Notes: a model not told the origin generated them from the letters alone. A stretch of DNA of 64,000 bases from Phycisphaerae bacterium (GCA_051955985.1 JBQCGD010000071.1:27036-91035); one strand, 5' to 3'; numbered from the stretch's first letter, positions 37,612 through 46,201 are shown. Program-made: numbers and translations.

Positions 37612-38082
37612 ATGATCGTGGGTTTTATGCCTCCCCGCAAAAAGAATAACGGCCAGAAGCCGGCCGCGCGCTCGAACGCGCCTTCGCCTGAGAACATCTC
37701 AAACCTGGAGATGCGGGGGGATCGGCTGAAGGTGTTTTCGCTGCAGACCCTGCTGACGAACAAGAAGAGCAAGGAGACGCGGGAGACTGCGAAGCTGGGG
37801 GAGGTGTTGTTGCCGTGGTTTGAGAAGATGGTGGAGAAGCCGGCAGAGAAGATGGAGGGGGTGCTGGAGCTGTGGATGGAGCTGGCGCCGCCAAATCTGA
37901 AGGAGCGTGCGCGGCTGGTGAGTTTTCAGCGGGGGACGCTGACGATCGCGGTGGAGTCGGCGACGGTGCGGGCGGAGCTGGATGGGCAGTTGCGGCAGGG
38001 GCTTTTGCGGAAGCTGCAGATGGGGTCGAAGGGGGCGATTTTTCGTATCAAGACATCGGTGCAGCCCTTACGGGAGATGTGA
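37612..38082 (+). CDS. dciA: DUF721 family protein, candidate DciA-type helicase loader
   Basis: C-terminal LELWMELAPPNLKERARLVSFQRGTLTIAVESATVRAELDGQLRQGLLRKL matches DUF721 hydrophobic pattern; immediately downstream of dnaN. Confidence 0.5.
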   Translation: MIVGFMPPRKKNNGQKPAARSNAPSPENISNLEMRGDRLKVFSLQTLLTNKKSKETRETAKLGEVLLPWFEKMVEKPAEKMEGVLELWMELAPPNLKERARLVSFQRGTLTIAVESATVRAELDGQLRQGLLRKLQMGSKGAIFRIKTSVQPLREM

Positions 38083-38089
38083 GCTTCTC

Positions 38090-38420
38090 GACAAGTTATC
38101 CACATGAGTGGTTATGAACTTGCCGTCCAGTTCCCTTCCGGGGTTTTAAGATAATGTTTTAAAAGAGAATAGTCTTCGTAAAGAGGCCTGTCGGCATGTG
38201 GATAACGGGGCCTGCTGTTCGTAAGACATTGCCAGGTATCAAGTTGCAGATGATCAGTTGATGATGGGCAGGTGCAGAAGCTGTCACTGGCGTGTCGCTG
38301 GGGGCTGTTTTTGGGCTCATAATGATGACAATTTCACTGTTGGCGGGGTTCATGGCGGGGGACTTGCGGGGGTGCGCTGTTTCGCGCCAGCAGCTCTCGA
38401 AAAGTTATCCACTGCGGACT
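38090..38420. other. candidate replication origin (oriC): DnaA boxes plus AT-rich tract
   Basis: TTATCCACA at 38096..38104, TGTGGATAA at 38197..38205, TTATCCACT at 38405..38413; AT-rich 38141..38180; 497-bp convergent intergenic gap after dnaN-dciA. Confidence 0.45.
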
Positions 38421-38579
38421 CACAATCGGCGCGACAAGGGGGGAAGGGGCGATGAACGGGTAAGTTACGGGGGTTTTGACGGGCGGGCATTTTGCCTGAT
38501 TGGGGGAGCGGAGCGAGCGCGAGGGGCGTCCTGAATCCCCACGCGGTGGGAGGCGTGGGCTTGGGGAGGGTGGGGAAGC

Positions 38580-39509
38580 TCAGGAGCGGTGTTCCCAGCC
38601 GGCGCGGGGCCAGGGATGTGGGCGGCTGTCGGGGTCGATTAGTTGGAGGGCGTGGTCGGCGGTGATGGTGCCGATGGCGGTGAGGGGGATGTCGGAGATG
38701 CCGATGATTGCGGGGGTTGCGTCGGGGTCGAGGGCGAAGAGGAGTTCGTAGTCTTCGCCGTCGGCAAGGGCGTGGAAGCCGGCGGGGAGGGAATCTTTTT
38801 TGGAGAGGGTCCAGGCATCTTCGTGGATGGGGAGCTGGGCGGTGTGGATCTGGGCGCCGACGTTGGAGGCGTTGCAGAGGCGGGGGAGGTCCTGGGCGAG
38901 GCCGTCGGAGAGGTCCATCATGGCGTGGAGGGCGGGGCCGGCGGCTTTGGCCAATTTTTGGGCGAGGTCGATGCGCGGTTTGAAGGCAAGGTGGCGGCCC
39001 AGAAGGGATCCGCCGAGAGCGCCGGAAACGAAGAGGGTGTCACCGGGCTTTGCGCCGCTGCGGGTGATGAGGTGTTGGCCCGTCGGAATGCGGCCGAGGG
39101 CGGAGACGGTGATGGCGAGGCGTTGATCCCAGATGCTCGTGTCGCCGCCGACGAGGGGGCAGTTCAATGCGGCGCCGGCGGCCTGGCAGGCGAGGAATAG
39201 TTCCTTGGCGAACTCTTCGCCGGAGCCGGGGCCTTCGTTGGGGAGGGCGACGGAGATCATGAGGGCGGCGGGGAGGCAGGCCATGGCGGCGCAGTCGGAG
39301 AGGCAGCGGTTGACGGCCTTGGTGCCGGCCTGCGCGGCGGAATGGTGCCGAAGGTCGAAGTGGACCTGGTCGAGGCATTGATCGATTTTGAGGATGGCGA
39401 GGGAGGGGGCGATGTCGACGGCGGCCATGTCGTCGCCGATGTTGAGTTTCACCGCAGGGTGTTGCGGGGTGTTTTGGCGGATCCAGGAGAGGAAGTCGTT
39501 TTCGCGCAT
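38580..39509 (-). CDS. thiL: thiamine-monophosphate kinase
   Basis: AIR-synthase-related fold (IGDDMAAVD..., GGDTS...); start at ATG 39509. Confidence 0.7.
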   Translation of the reverse strand: MRENDFLSWIRQNTPQHPAVKLNIGDDMAAVDIAPSLAILKIDQCLDQVHFDLRHHSAAQAGTKAVNRCLSDCAAMACLPAALMISVALPNEGPGSGEEFAKELFLACQAAGAALNCPLVGGDTSIWDQRLAITVSALGRIPTGQHLITRSGAKPGDTLFVSGALGGSLLGRHLAFKPRIDLAQKLAKAAGPALHAMMDLSDGLAQDLPRLCNASNVGAQIHTAQLPIHEDAWTLSKKDSLPAGFHALADGEDYELLFALDPDATPAIIGISDIPLTAIGTITADHALQLIDPDSRPHPWPRAGWEHRS

Positions 39510-39550
39510 GGGGCACGCGGTGGATGGAGGAATGGTTCGATGCGACACGA

Positions 39551-39586
39551 AAAATTTTAGCCGACGGGGGCGTCGGCTCCACGTTA
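39551..39586 (-). terminator. intrinsic terminator of pyc (family-E hairpin + U-run)
   Basis: On minus strand: TAA-CGUGGA-GCCGACG-CCCCC-GUCGGC-UAAAAUUUUU. Confidence 0.55.
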
Positions 39587-42500
39587 TTCGATTTCGATGA
39601 GGAGGTCGCCGGCGGCGACGAGGGTGCCGGGTTGGACGTCGATTTTGGCGATTTTGCCTTCGCGAGGGGAGTAGACGGCGGTTTCCATTTTCATGGCTTC
39701 GATGGAGAGGAGTTTAGCGCCCTTAGTGATGGTTTGGCCGAGGCTTACGCTGACGGCGGTGACTTTGCCGGGCATGGGGGCGCCGACGTGCTTGGGGTTC
39801 ATGCTGTCGGCCTTGGGGCGTTCGACTTTGGTTATAACTCGTTTGCGGTCAGGGACTTTGACTTCGCGGGGTTGGCCGTTGAGTTCGAAGAAGACGGTGA
39901 CCATGCCGTCGGGGTCGGGGTCGCCGACGGTGAGGAAGCGGACGAGGATGGTTTTGCCGGGCTCGATCTCGATGGGGATTTCCTGGTAGGGCTGTAACCC
40001 GTAGAAAAATGCGGTAGTTGGGATATTGGCGACGTCGCCGTAGTGTTTGCGGAAGCGTTCGAATTCGAGGAAGACCTGGGGGTACATGAGGTAGCTGGCG
40101 AGGTCGGTGTCGGAGGCGTCGCGGTGGATTTTTTCGCTCAATTCTGAACGGGTTTTGTCGAGATTTACCTTGGAAAGAGTCGCTCCGGGACGGTTTTTGA
40201 GCGGTTTTTCCTTGCCGAGGACAATTTTCTGGAGTTGTTTGGGGAATCCGCCGGTGGGCTGGCCGATGTCGCCGCGGAAGAATTCGACGACGGACTTGGG
40301 GAAGGCGAGGTGGCGGTCGGGGTCGAGGATGTCGGCGGGTTTGAGGTTGTTGGTGACCATGAAGAGGGCCATGTCGCCGACGATCTTGGAGGAGGGGGTG
40401 ACCTTGACGATGTCGCCGAAGAGCTGGTTGGCGTCGGCGTAGGCTTTTTCGACGTCGGGCCAGCGGGACTCGAGGCCGAGGGACTTGGCCTGGACGCGGA
40501 GGTTGGTGTACTGGCCGCCGGGCATTTCGTGCTGGTAGACGGAGGCGGTGGGGGCGAGCATGCCTTCTTCGAAGGGGGAGTAGAATCGGCGGACGGCTTC
40601 CCAGTAGTCGGAGTAGCGGGAGAGGGATTCGTCGGAGAGGCCGGTGTCGCGCGGGGTGTTGTGGAGAGCGGCGACGACGGCGTTCATGTTGGGCTGGGAG
40701 GTCATGCCGGACATGGAGGAGACGGCGCAGTCGACGATATTCACGCCGGCTTCGGCGGCCATGAGGTAAGCGCCGCCCTGGATGCCGGCGGTGTCGTGGG
40801 TGTGGAAGTGGATGGGGATGCCGACTTCGTCACGGAGGGCCTTGACGAGTTTGCGTGCGGCGAGGGGCTTGAGGAGGCCGGCCATGTCCTTGATGGCGAG
40901 GATGTGGGTGCCCATGCGTTCGAGTTCTTTGGCGAGTTTGACGTAGTAAGTGAGGGAGTACTTGTCGCGCTTGGGGTTGAGGATGTCGCCGGTGTAGCAG
41001 ATGGCGGCTTCGCAAAGGGCGTCGGTTTCGAGGACGGCTTCGATGGCGACCTTCATGTTCTCGGTCCAGTTGAGCGAGTCGAAGATGCGGAAGACATCCA
41101 TGCCGTGGGCGGCGGCGAGCTTGGCGAATTCCCTGACGACGTTGTCAGGGTAGTTGGTGTAGCCGAGGGCGTTGGAAGCGCGGAAGAGCATCTGGAAGAG
41201 GATGTTGGGGATTTCCTTGCGGAGCTGGGCGAGGCGTTCCCAGGGGTCTTCGCTGAGGAAGCGGAGGGCGGTATCGAAGGTGGCGCCGCCCCACATTTCG
41301 AGGGAGAAGAGTTGGGGGAGGTTGTGGGAGACGAAGGGTGCGGCGTTGAGCATGTCGATGGTGCGGACGCGCGTGGCGAGGAGGGACTGGTGGGCATCGC
41401 GCATGGTGGTGTCGGTGATGAGGAGTTTCTTTTGTTTGAGGACCCAGTCGGCGAATTTTTTGGGGCCGAGCTCTATCAGTTTGGTGCGGGTGCCGGGGGG
41501 GATCTGGTCAGCGCGGCCGATGGGGAGGAGGGGCGGGGGGGTCATGACGGAGAGGTCGGGTTTCTTTTTGATTTCGGGGCGGCTGTTGACGATGACATCG
41601 GCGAGGTAGGTGAGGAGGCGTGTGGCGCGGTCGCGGCGCTGGTGGAATTTGAAGAGGGCGGGGGTGGTGTCGATGAAGGTGGTGGTGGCTTTGCCGCTGT
41701 GGAAGTCGGGGTGGGCGACGAGGTTCTGGAGGAAGGGGATATTGGTTTTGACGCCGCGGATGCGGAACTCGGCGAGAGCGCGCTGGGTACGGGCGATGAC
41801 TTCCTCGAAGGTGCTGCCGAAGCAGGTGAGTTTGACGAGGAGGGAGTCGAAGTAGGGGGTGATCATGGCGCCGGAGTAGGCGGTGCCGCCGTCGAGGCGG
41901 ACGCCGTAGCCGGCGGGGGAACGGTAGGAGGTGATGCGGCCGTAGTCTGGGGTGAAGCCGTTGGCGGGGTCTTCGGAGGTGATGCGGGACTGGAGGGCGA
42001 CGCCGCGGAAGGTGAGGTTCTGCTGGCGTGGGAGGTTCATGGGGGCATCGTGGAGGTTGTATCCCTGGGCGACGCGGATCTGGGATTTGACGAGGTCGAT
42101 GCCGGTGATGAGTTCGGTGACGGTGTGTTCGACCTGGATGCGGGGGTTGACCTCGATGAAGAAGAATTCGTTGGTTTCGGCATCGACGAGGAATTCGACG
42201 GTGCCGGCGTTGCGGTAGTGGACCTGGCGGCCGATTTTGAGGGCGGCCTCGCAGATTTTCTGGCGGACGCCGAAGGGGAGGGAGACGGCGGGAGCGAGTT
42301 CGACGACTTTCTGGTGGCGGCGTTGGATGGTGCAGTCGCGTTCGAAGAGGTGGAGGAGGTTGCCGTGGGAATCGCCGAGGAGCTGGACTTCGATGTGTTT
42401 GGCGCGTTGGATGAAGCGTTCGAGGAAGACTTCGCCCTTGCCGAAGGCAGCGCCGGCTTCACGGGAGGCCTCGGCGAGTTTGTCCTGGAGTTCGGAGATT

Positions 42501-43018
42501 TCGCGGACGACGCGCATGCCGCGGCCGCCGCCACCGTGAGCGGCCTTGATGATGAGGGGGAATCCGATGCGTTTGGCTTCGCGTTGGACATCTTTCCAGT
42601 CGGAGACGGCGTCGTGGGTGCCGGGGACGATATCGACGCCGGCGGCGTCAGCGATTTTGCGGGCGGCGGTTTTGTCGCCGAATCCGCGGAGCATTTCGGG
42701 GGTGGGTCCGACGAAGGTGATGCCGGCGTCGGCGCAGGCCTGGGCGAAGTCGGCATTTTCGGAGAGGAAGCCGTAGCCGGGGTGGATGAATTCGACGCCG
42801 GTTTCCTTGGCGATCTGGATGATGGCGGGGATGTTGAGGTAGTTTTTGACGGGGGCGTCCGGGCCGCCGACCTGGTAGGCTTCGTCGGCCTTGAAGCGGT
42901 GGAGGGAGTAGCGGTCTTCGTGGGAGTAGATGGCGACGGTGCGGAAGCCGAGCTCGGTGGCGGCGCGCATGACGCGGATGGCGATTTCGGAGCGGTTGGC
43001 GACGAGTAATTTTTTCAT
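39584..43018 (-). CDS. pyc: pyruvate carboxylase
   Basis: N-terminal biotin carboxylase (MKKLLVANRSEIAIRVMRAA...), central carboxyltransferase, C-terminal biotinyl domain with EAMKME. Confidence 0.9.
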   Translation of the reverse strand: MKKLLVANRSEIAIRVMRAATELGFRTVAIYSHEDRYSLHRFKADEAYQVGGPDAPVKNYLNIPAIIQIAKETGVEFIHPGYGFLSENADFAQACADAGITFVGPTPEMLRGFGDKTAARKIADAAGVDIVPGTHDAVSDWKDVQREAKRIGFPLIIKAAHGGGGRGMRVVREISELQDKLAEASREAGAAFGKGEVFLERFIQRAKHIEVQLLGDSHGNLLHLFERDCTIQRRHQKVVELAPAVSLPFGVRQKICEAALKIGRQVHYRNAGTVEFLVDAETNEFFFIEVNPRIQVEHTVTELITGIDLVKSQIRVAQGYNLHDAPMNLPRQQNLTFRGVALQSRITSEDPANGFTPDYGRITSYRSPAGYGVRLDGGTAYSGAMITPYFDSLLVKLTCFGSTFEEVIARTQRALAEFRIRGVKTNIPFLQNLVAHPDFHSGKATTTFIDTTPALFKFHQRRDRATRLLTYLADVIVNSRPEIKKKPDLSVMTPPPLLPIGRADQIPPGTRTKLIELGPKKFADWVLKQKKLLITDTTMRDAHQSLLATRVRTIDMLNAAPFVSHNLPQLFSLEMWGGATFDTALRFLSEDPWERLAQLRKEIPNILFQMLFRASNALGYTNYPDNVVREFAKLAAAHGMDVFRIFDSLNWTENMKVAIEAVLETDALCEAAICYTGDILNPKRDKYSLTYYVKLAKELERMGTHILAIKDMAGLLKPLAARKLVKALRDEVGIPIHFHTHDTAGIQGGAYLMAAEAGVNIVDCAVSSMSGMTSQPNMNAVVAALHNTPRDTGLSDESLSRYSDYWEAVRRFYSPFEEGMLAPTASVYQHEMPGGQYTNLRVQAKSLGLESRWPDVEKAYADANQLFGDIVKVTPSSKIVGDMALFMVTNNLKPADILDPDRHLAFPKSVVEFFRGDIGQPTGGFPKQLQKIVLGKEKPLKNRPGATLSKVNLDKTRSELSEKIHRDASDTDLASYLMYPQVFLEFERFRKHYGDVANIPTTAFFYGLQPYQEIPIEIEPGKTILVRFLTVGDPDPDGMVTVFFELNGQPREVKVPDRKRVITKVERPKADSMNPKHVGAPMPGKVTAVSVSLGQTITKGAKLLSIEAMKMETAVYSPREGKIAKIDVQPGTLVAAGDLLIEIE

Positions 43019-43126
43019 GAACGGTTCCTGCGTGGGGGGCCGGCAAAGACCCGAGAGGATACACGAATCGTGCGGGGGCGGGAAGGCGGATAGGTGTTTT
43101 TCGCGGGGTTTTTGCGGGATTGGGGG

Positions 43127-43160
43127 GATTTTCGATTTTGGATTTTCGATTTTCGATTTG
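43127..43160. repeat. GATTTTC/GATTTTG heptamer tandem repeat (x5)
   Basis: gattttcgattttggattttcgattttcgatttgg in pyc upstream region. Confidence 0.55.
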
Positions 43161-43203
43161 GGGGGTGGGAAGGGGCGCCATGTGTTTTTGGGTATCCGCG
43201 CGG

Positions 43204-43240
43204 CATGCTTCTGACCACCGAGGTTGTGGTCAGAAGCATG
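43204..43240. promoter_or_regulatory. perfect 15-bp inverted repeat CATGCTTCTGACCAC-N7-GTGGTCAGAAGCATG upstream of pyc
   Basis: Perfect palindrome arms; candidate operator or RNA hairpin. Confidence 0.4.
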
Positions 43241-43266
43241 GCACCCGGCACGAGCGACAAAGTTTG

Positions 43267-43293
43267 GCCGACGGGGGCGTCGGCCCCACTTTA
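43267..43293 (-). repeat. family-E hairpin GCCGACGGGGGCGTCGGCCCCACTTTA
   Basis: At stop of DUF2950 gene. Confidence 0.5.
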
Positions 43294-44310
43294 TTGTTGG
43301 ACGGGGGTCCAGGAGTGGTCGGGGTTGTAGGATTGGAGGGCTTTGGCTTTTTGTGTGGTTTGGGGGCCGAGGTCTTTCTGGAAGACTTTGCCCTGGTGGT
43401 TGACGATGAAGGTCATGATGCCGGACTTGCCGTAGTCGGCGGGGTAGGCGATGAGGGCGAAGCCGGCGATCATGTGGCCGTTGATAACGTAGTTGTAGGC
43501 GCCGCCGGGGGCGGCGGCGCCTTGGGATTTGAGGATGCGGTAGTAGTAGCCGTGGAAGGGCTGGGGGTTGCGCGGGGAGCCGGAGATGGGGGCGTATCCT
43601 TCGCTGGAGGCCTGTGCGACGAGGGGGCCGAAGGGGCTCGAGGGCTGATTGTCGGCGGCGGGCCAGTAGAGGCCATCCTGTTTGCCGGTGGAGGAGCGGA
43701 GGCGTTGGGCGTATTCGAGGACCTGGTCGTTGTTGTGGTCCTGCATGGCGTATTCGCGTTGGGCCTGGACGTAGGCGCGGCAGATGGAGATGGTTTCGAG
43801 CTCATCGGCGCCGATGTGGCGGGCGAGGATTTCGTTGCGGCCGGCGTTGGTGTCGAAGAACCATTGGCCGTTGGAGGTTTTGGAGAGGGGGATGGGGAAG
43901 GGCCAGTCGTCGTTGCCGATGTGGAGGATGTCGGTGGTGGGGTTTTGCTGTTCGAGGGCGGCTTTTTCGAGGGTTTTCCGGGCGAAGGATTGGTAGTTGT
44001 TGGCGTCGGTGACGGGGTCGCCGGTGACGAGGTCGTGGGCGTCCTTGCCGAAGATTGCCTGGAGGTTGGCGTGGTCGTTTGATTGGACGGCGGAGAGGAG
44101 TGCGACGACGGCGGCGTCGGGGGTGGGGAAGGTTTGCTGGCCGGCGGCGGGGGCTCCGGGCTGGCCGTGGTGTTCCGGGGTGGAGGAGAGGTTTTGCGGG
44201 GAATTCGCATCGTCGCGGGCGTTGGCGCCGTGGGAGGCGCAGCCGGCGAGGACCAGGGATCCGGCGAGGGCGAAGGCGGCGACGGGGAGGTGGAAGGGGC
44301 GAGCGGGCAT
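43291..44310 (-). CDS. DUF2950-like lipoprotein
   Basis: Lipobox LAGCAS; C-terminal HGYYYRILKSQG...YNYVINGHMIAGFALIAYPADYGKSGIMTFIVNHQGKVFQKDLG; ATG 44310; 5' part of track ORF is artefact. Confidence 0.55.
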   Translation of the reverse strand: MPARPFHLPVAAFALAGSLVLAGCASHGANARDDANSPQNLSSTPEHHGQPGAPAAGQQTFPTPDAAVVALLSAVQSNDHANLQAIFGKDAHDLVTGDPVTDANNYQSFARKTLEKAALEQQNPTTDILHIGNDDWPFPIPLSKTSNGQWFFDTNAGRNEILARHIGADELETISICRAYVQAQREYAMQDHNNDQVLEYAQRLRSSTGKQDGLYWPAADNQPSSPFGPLVAQASSEGYAPISGSPRNPQPFHGYYYRILKSQGAAAPGGAYNYVINGHMIAGFALIAYPADYGKSGIMTFIVNHQGKVFQKDLGPQTTQKAKALQSYNPDHSWTPVQQ

Positions 44311-44350
44311 GGGGAACTCCTGCAAATGAAGGGACCGATGGTGGGGACGA

Positions 44351-45742
44351 TCAGCGGCGCATGGACTGGTGGCCGCGGCCGGCCTGGATGTTGGCGCCGC
44401 CGCCGTCGTTGTGGAAAGCGGGGGCGGGGGCGTTGTGGGGCTGGGCGGGCGCGGGGGTGGGGCGGGAGATGGGGGCGGGCGCGGGGGAAGGATGGGGGAG
44501 ACCTTCGACGGGGCGGCGGTTGTAGGCGCTGGTGGGGGGGCTGACGAAGTTGCCGCCGCGTTGGGGTTCAAAGCGTGGGGGTTGTGCGGGGCGGGATGGT
44601 TCGCTGGGGCGCGGCTGTTCGGTGGGGCGGTGCTGTTCGGGGCGTGGGGCTTCGACGGGGCGATGTTCCTGGGGGCGGGGTTGTTCGATCGGGCGATGTT
44701 CCTGCGGGCGCGGCTGTTCGATGGGGCGATGTTCTTCGGGGCGCGGGGCGGGGTGATTGGGGATGCCGATGACGGGGCGTTCGGGGGCGCGTTGGCGTTC
44801 TTCGGGGCGGTAGGGCTGGTGGACATTGAAAGCGTCGTGGTGGTTGCGATCGCCGTTGTTCCAGCCGGGGCCGCGGCGGTCGGGGGTGCGGTCGTTGCGA
44901 TGATCGCGGTCGGGGAAGTTGTGGGGGATGATAATGGGGCGTCCGGGGTTGTGGCGCCATTCGCGGAGGTGTTCATCGCGGTCGCGGCGATCGCGGTCGT
45001 GCCAGTCGCGGTCCCAGTGGACGCCTTCGTTGACGTGGTGGGCGCGCCAATCCCAGTCAAGGTTGAGCCACGGACCGATGCCGTAATGGGGACCGAAGGT
45101 GATGATGGGGCCACTGGGGTAGTAGGGGGGGCGGGAATAAACGAGGCCGGGGTCGTACTGGGGGACGTAGATGATGTTGGGCTGAGCGGGGAGGATTTCG
45201 ATGATGCCGTTGTCGTTGACGACCTGCTGCTGGGGCGTGGTGGCGAGGGTGTTGGCGGCGAGGGCTTCGCTGCGGAGCTGCTGGACGGTGTTCATGACAT
45301 CCTGGGGCTGGTTGGCGAAGGCGGCGCCGAGGGCGGCGGTCCAGTCGGGCTGGGTGGCGAGCATGTTGAGCACGGCGGGGTAGTGGAGAAGGGCCTGGAC
45401 GGAGGGGTCCCAGGGTTGGGCGGCGATATCGTCTTCGGAGGGGTTGGGGAAGTACTGGATCCATTCCTGGGCGGAGGCGATGTCCTGGGGGTAGGTGGCG
45501 GCGGCGAGAATCTGGGTAAGGAGGGGGTCGGGGTAAAGGGCGATGGGGCCGAGGAGCTGGCGGAGCTGATCGGCGGAGTAGGTGGGCACGGCGGGGGCGG
45601 TGGGGTAGGCGGGGACGGGTGGGGAGGTGTAATAGGCGCCGTTTTCCCCGGGGGTGTAGTAATAGGTCTGGGCGACGGCGGCGGAGGCGGCCAGGCCGAC
45701 GGAGGAAAGTGCGGCGATGAGCAAAGAATGTGAGCGTTTCAT
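44351..45742 (-). CDS. DUF3300-like secreted protein with Pro/His/Arg-rich repetitive C-terminus
   Basis: Signal peptide MKRSHSLLIAALSSVGLAASAAVA, GAGGTG RBS; DUF3300 genes are typically adjacent to DUF2950 genes. Confidence 0.55.
   Translation of the reverse strand: MKRSHSLLIAALSSVGLAASAAVAQTYYYTPGENGAYYTSPPVPAYPTAPAVPTYSADQLRQLLGPIALYPDPLLTQILAAATYPQDIASAQEWIQYFPNPSEDDIAAQPWDPSVQALLHYPAVLNMLATQPDWTAALGAAFANQPQDVMNTVQQLRSEALAANTLATTPQQQVVNDNGIIEILPAQPNIIYVPQYDPGLVYSRPPYYPSGPIITFGPHYGIGPWLNLDWDWRAHHVNEGVHWDRDWHDRDRRDRDEHLREWRHNPGRPIIIPHNFPDRDHRNDRTPDRRGPGWNNGDRNHHDAFNVHQPYRPEERQRAPERPVIGIPNHPAPRPEEHRPIEQPRPQEHRPIEQPRPQEHRPVEAPRPEQHRPTEQPRPSEPSRPAQPPRFEPQRGGNFVSPPTSAYNRRPVEGLPHPSPAPAPISRPTPAPAQPHNAPAPAFHNDGGGANIQAGRGHQSMRR
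44640..44760 (-). repeat. 33-nt tandem coding repeat (x4) in DUF3300 gene
   Basis: GGGCGATGTTCCTGGGGGCGGGGTTGTTCGATC-like units encoding EHRPIEQPRPQ x4. Confidence 0.6.
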
Positions 45743-45926
45743 GTTTTCACCTCGGCCAAAGGATGGGGCCTGTTTTGCAATTTGGCAAGAGCAATCCACG
45801 TGCGTGGCGCGCGTGGAGCGTCTTGATTCACTGGGAGATACGCGACGGAGGGCGGGGTGGGTCCGCAGTGGGGGGTGGATCGGTGGGTTTGCGCAGAGTG
45901 CAGTGGATCGGAAACTGATTACCACC

Positions 45927-45982
45927 GCCCCCGACGACGTAATCACGAAGAGATGAAGGGACGAAGGACCACGAAGAATGCC
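45927..45982. repeat. family-B repeat (CCCCCGACGACGTAATCACGAAGAGATGAAGGGACGAAGGACCACGAAG)
   Basis: In divergent intergenic region between DUF3300 gene and crtC-like gene. Confidence 0.45.
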
Positions 45983-46201
45983 GGGGGAGGTGCGAGGGAG
46001 ACGCGCGTGGAACGCTGGCTGTGGTGGTAAGGGTTAGAAACTGGGGAATTATAGAGAGGGCCGGCGATGCAAGGAGCAACGGGCGGGGGTGGTCAACTGT
46101 TACGTGGATGGGGGAACCTCCGATAACGTTCGAGTGCTGTAAGGGGAGAAAACTGCGGGATTTTCGATATTTAACGTAATTAAATGTAGGATGCGCGCGG
46201 C

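Noticed and set aside
44640-44760. Regularly spaced 33-nt direct repeats that might suggest a CRISPR array
   Set aside because: The repeats are contiguous with no spacers, lie inside a coding frame (EHRPIEQPRPQ repeats), and no cas genes are present.
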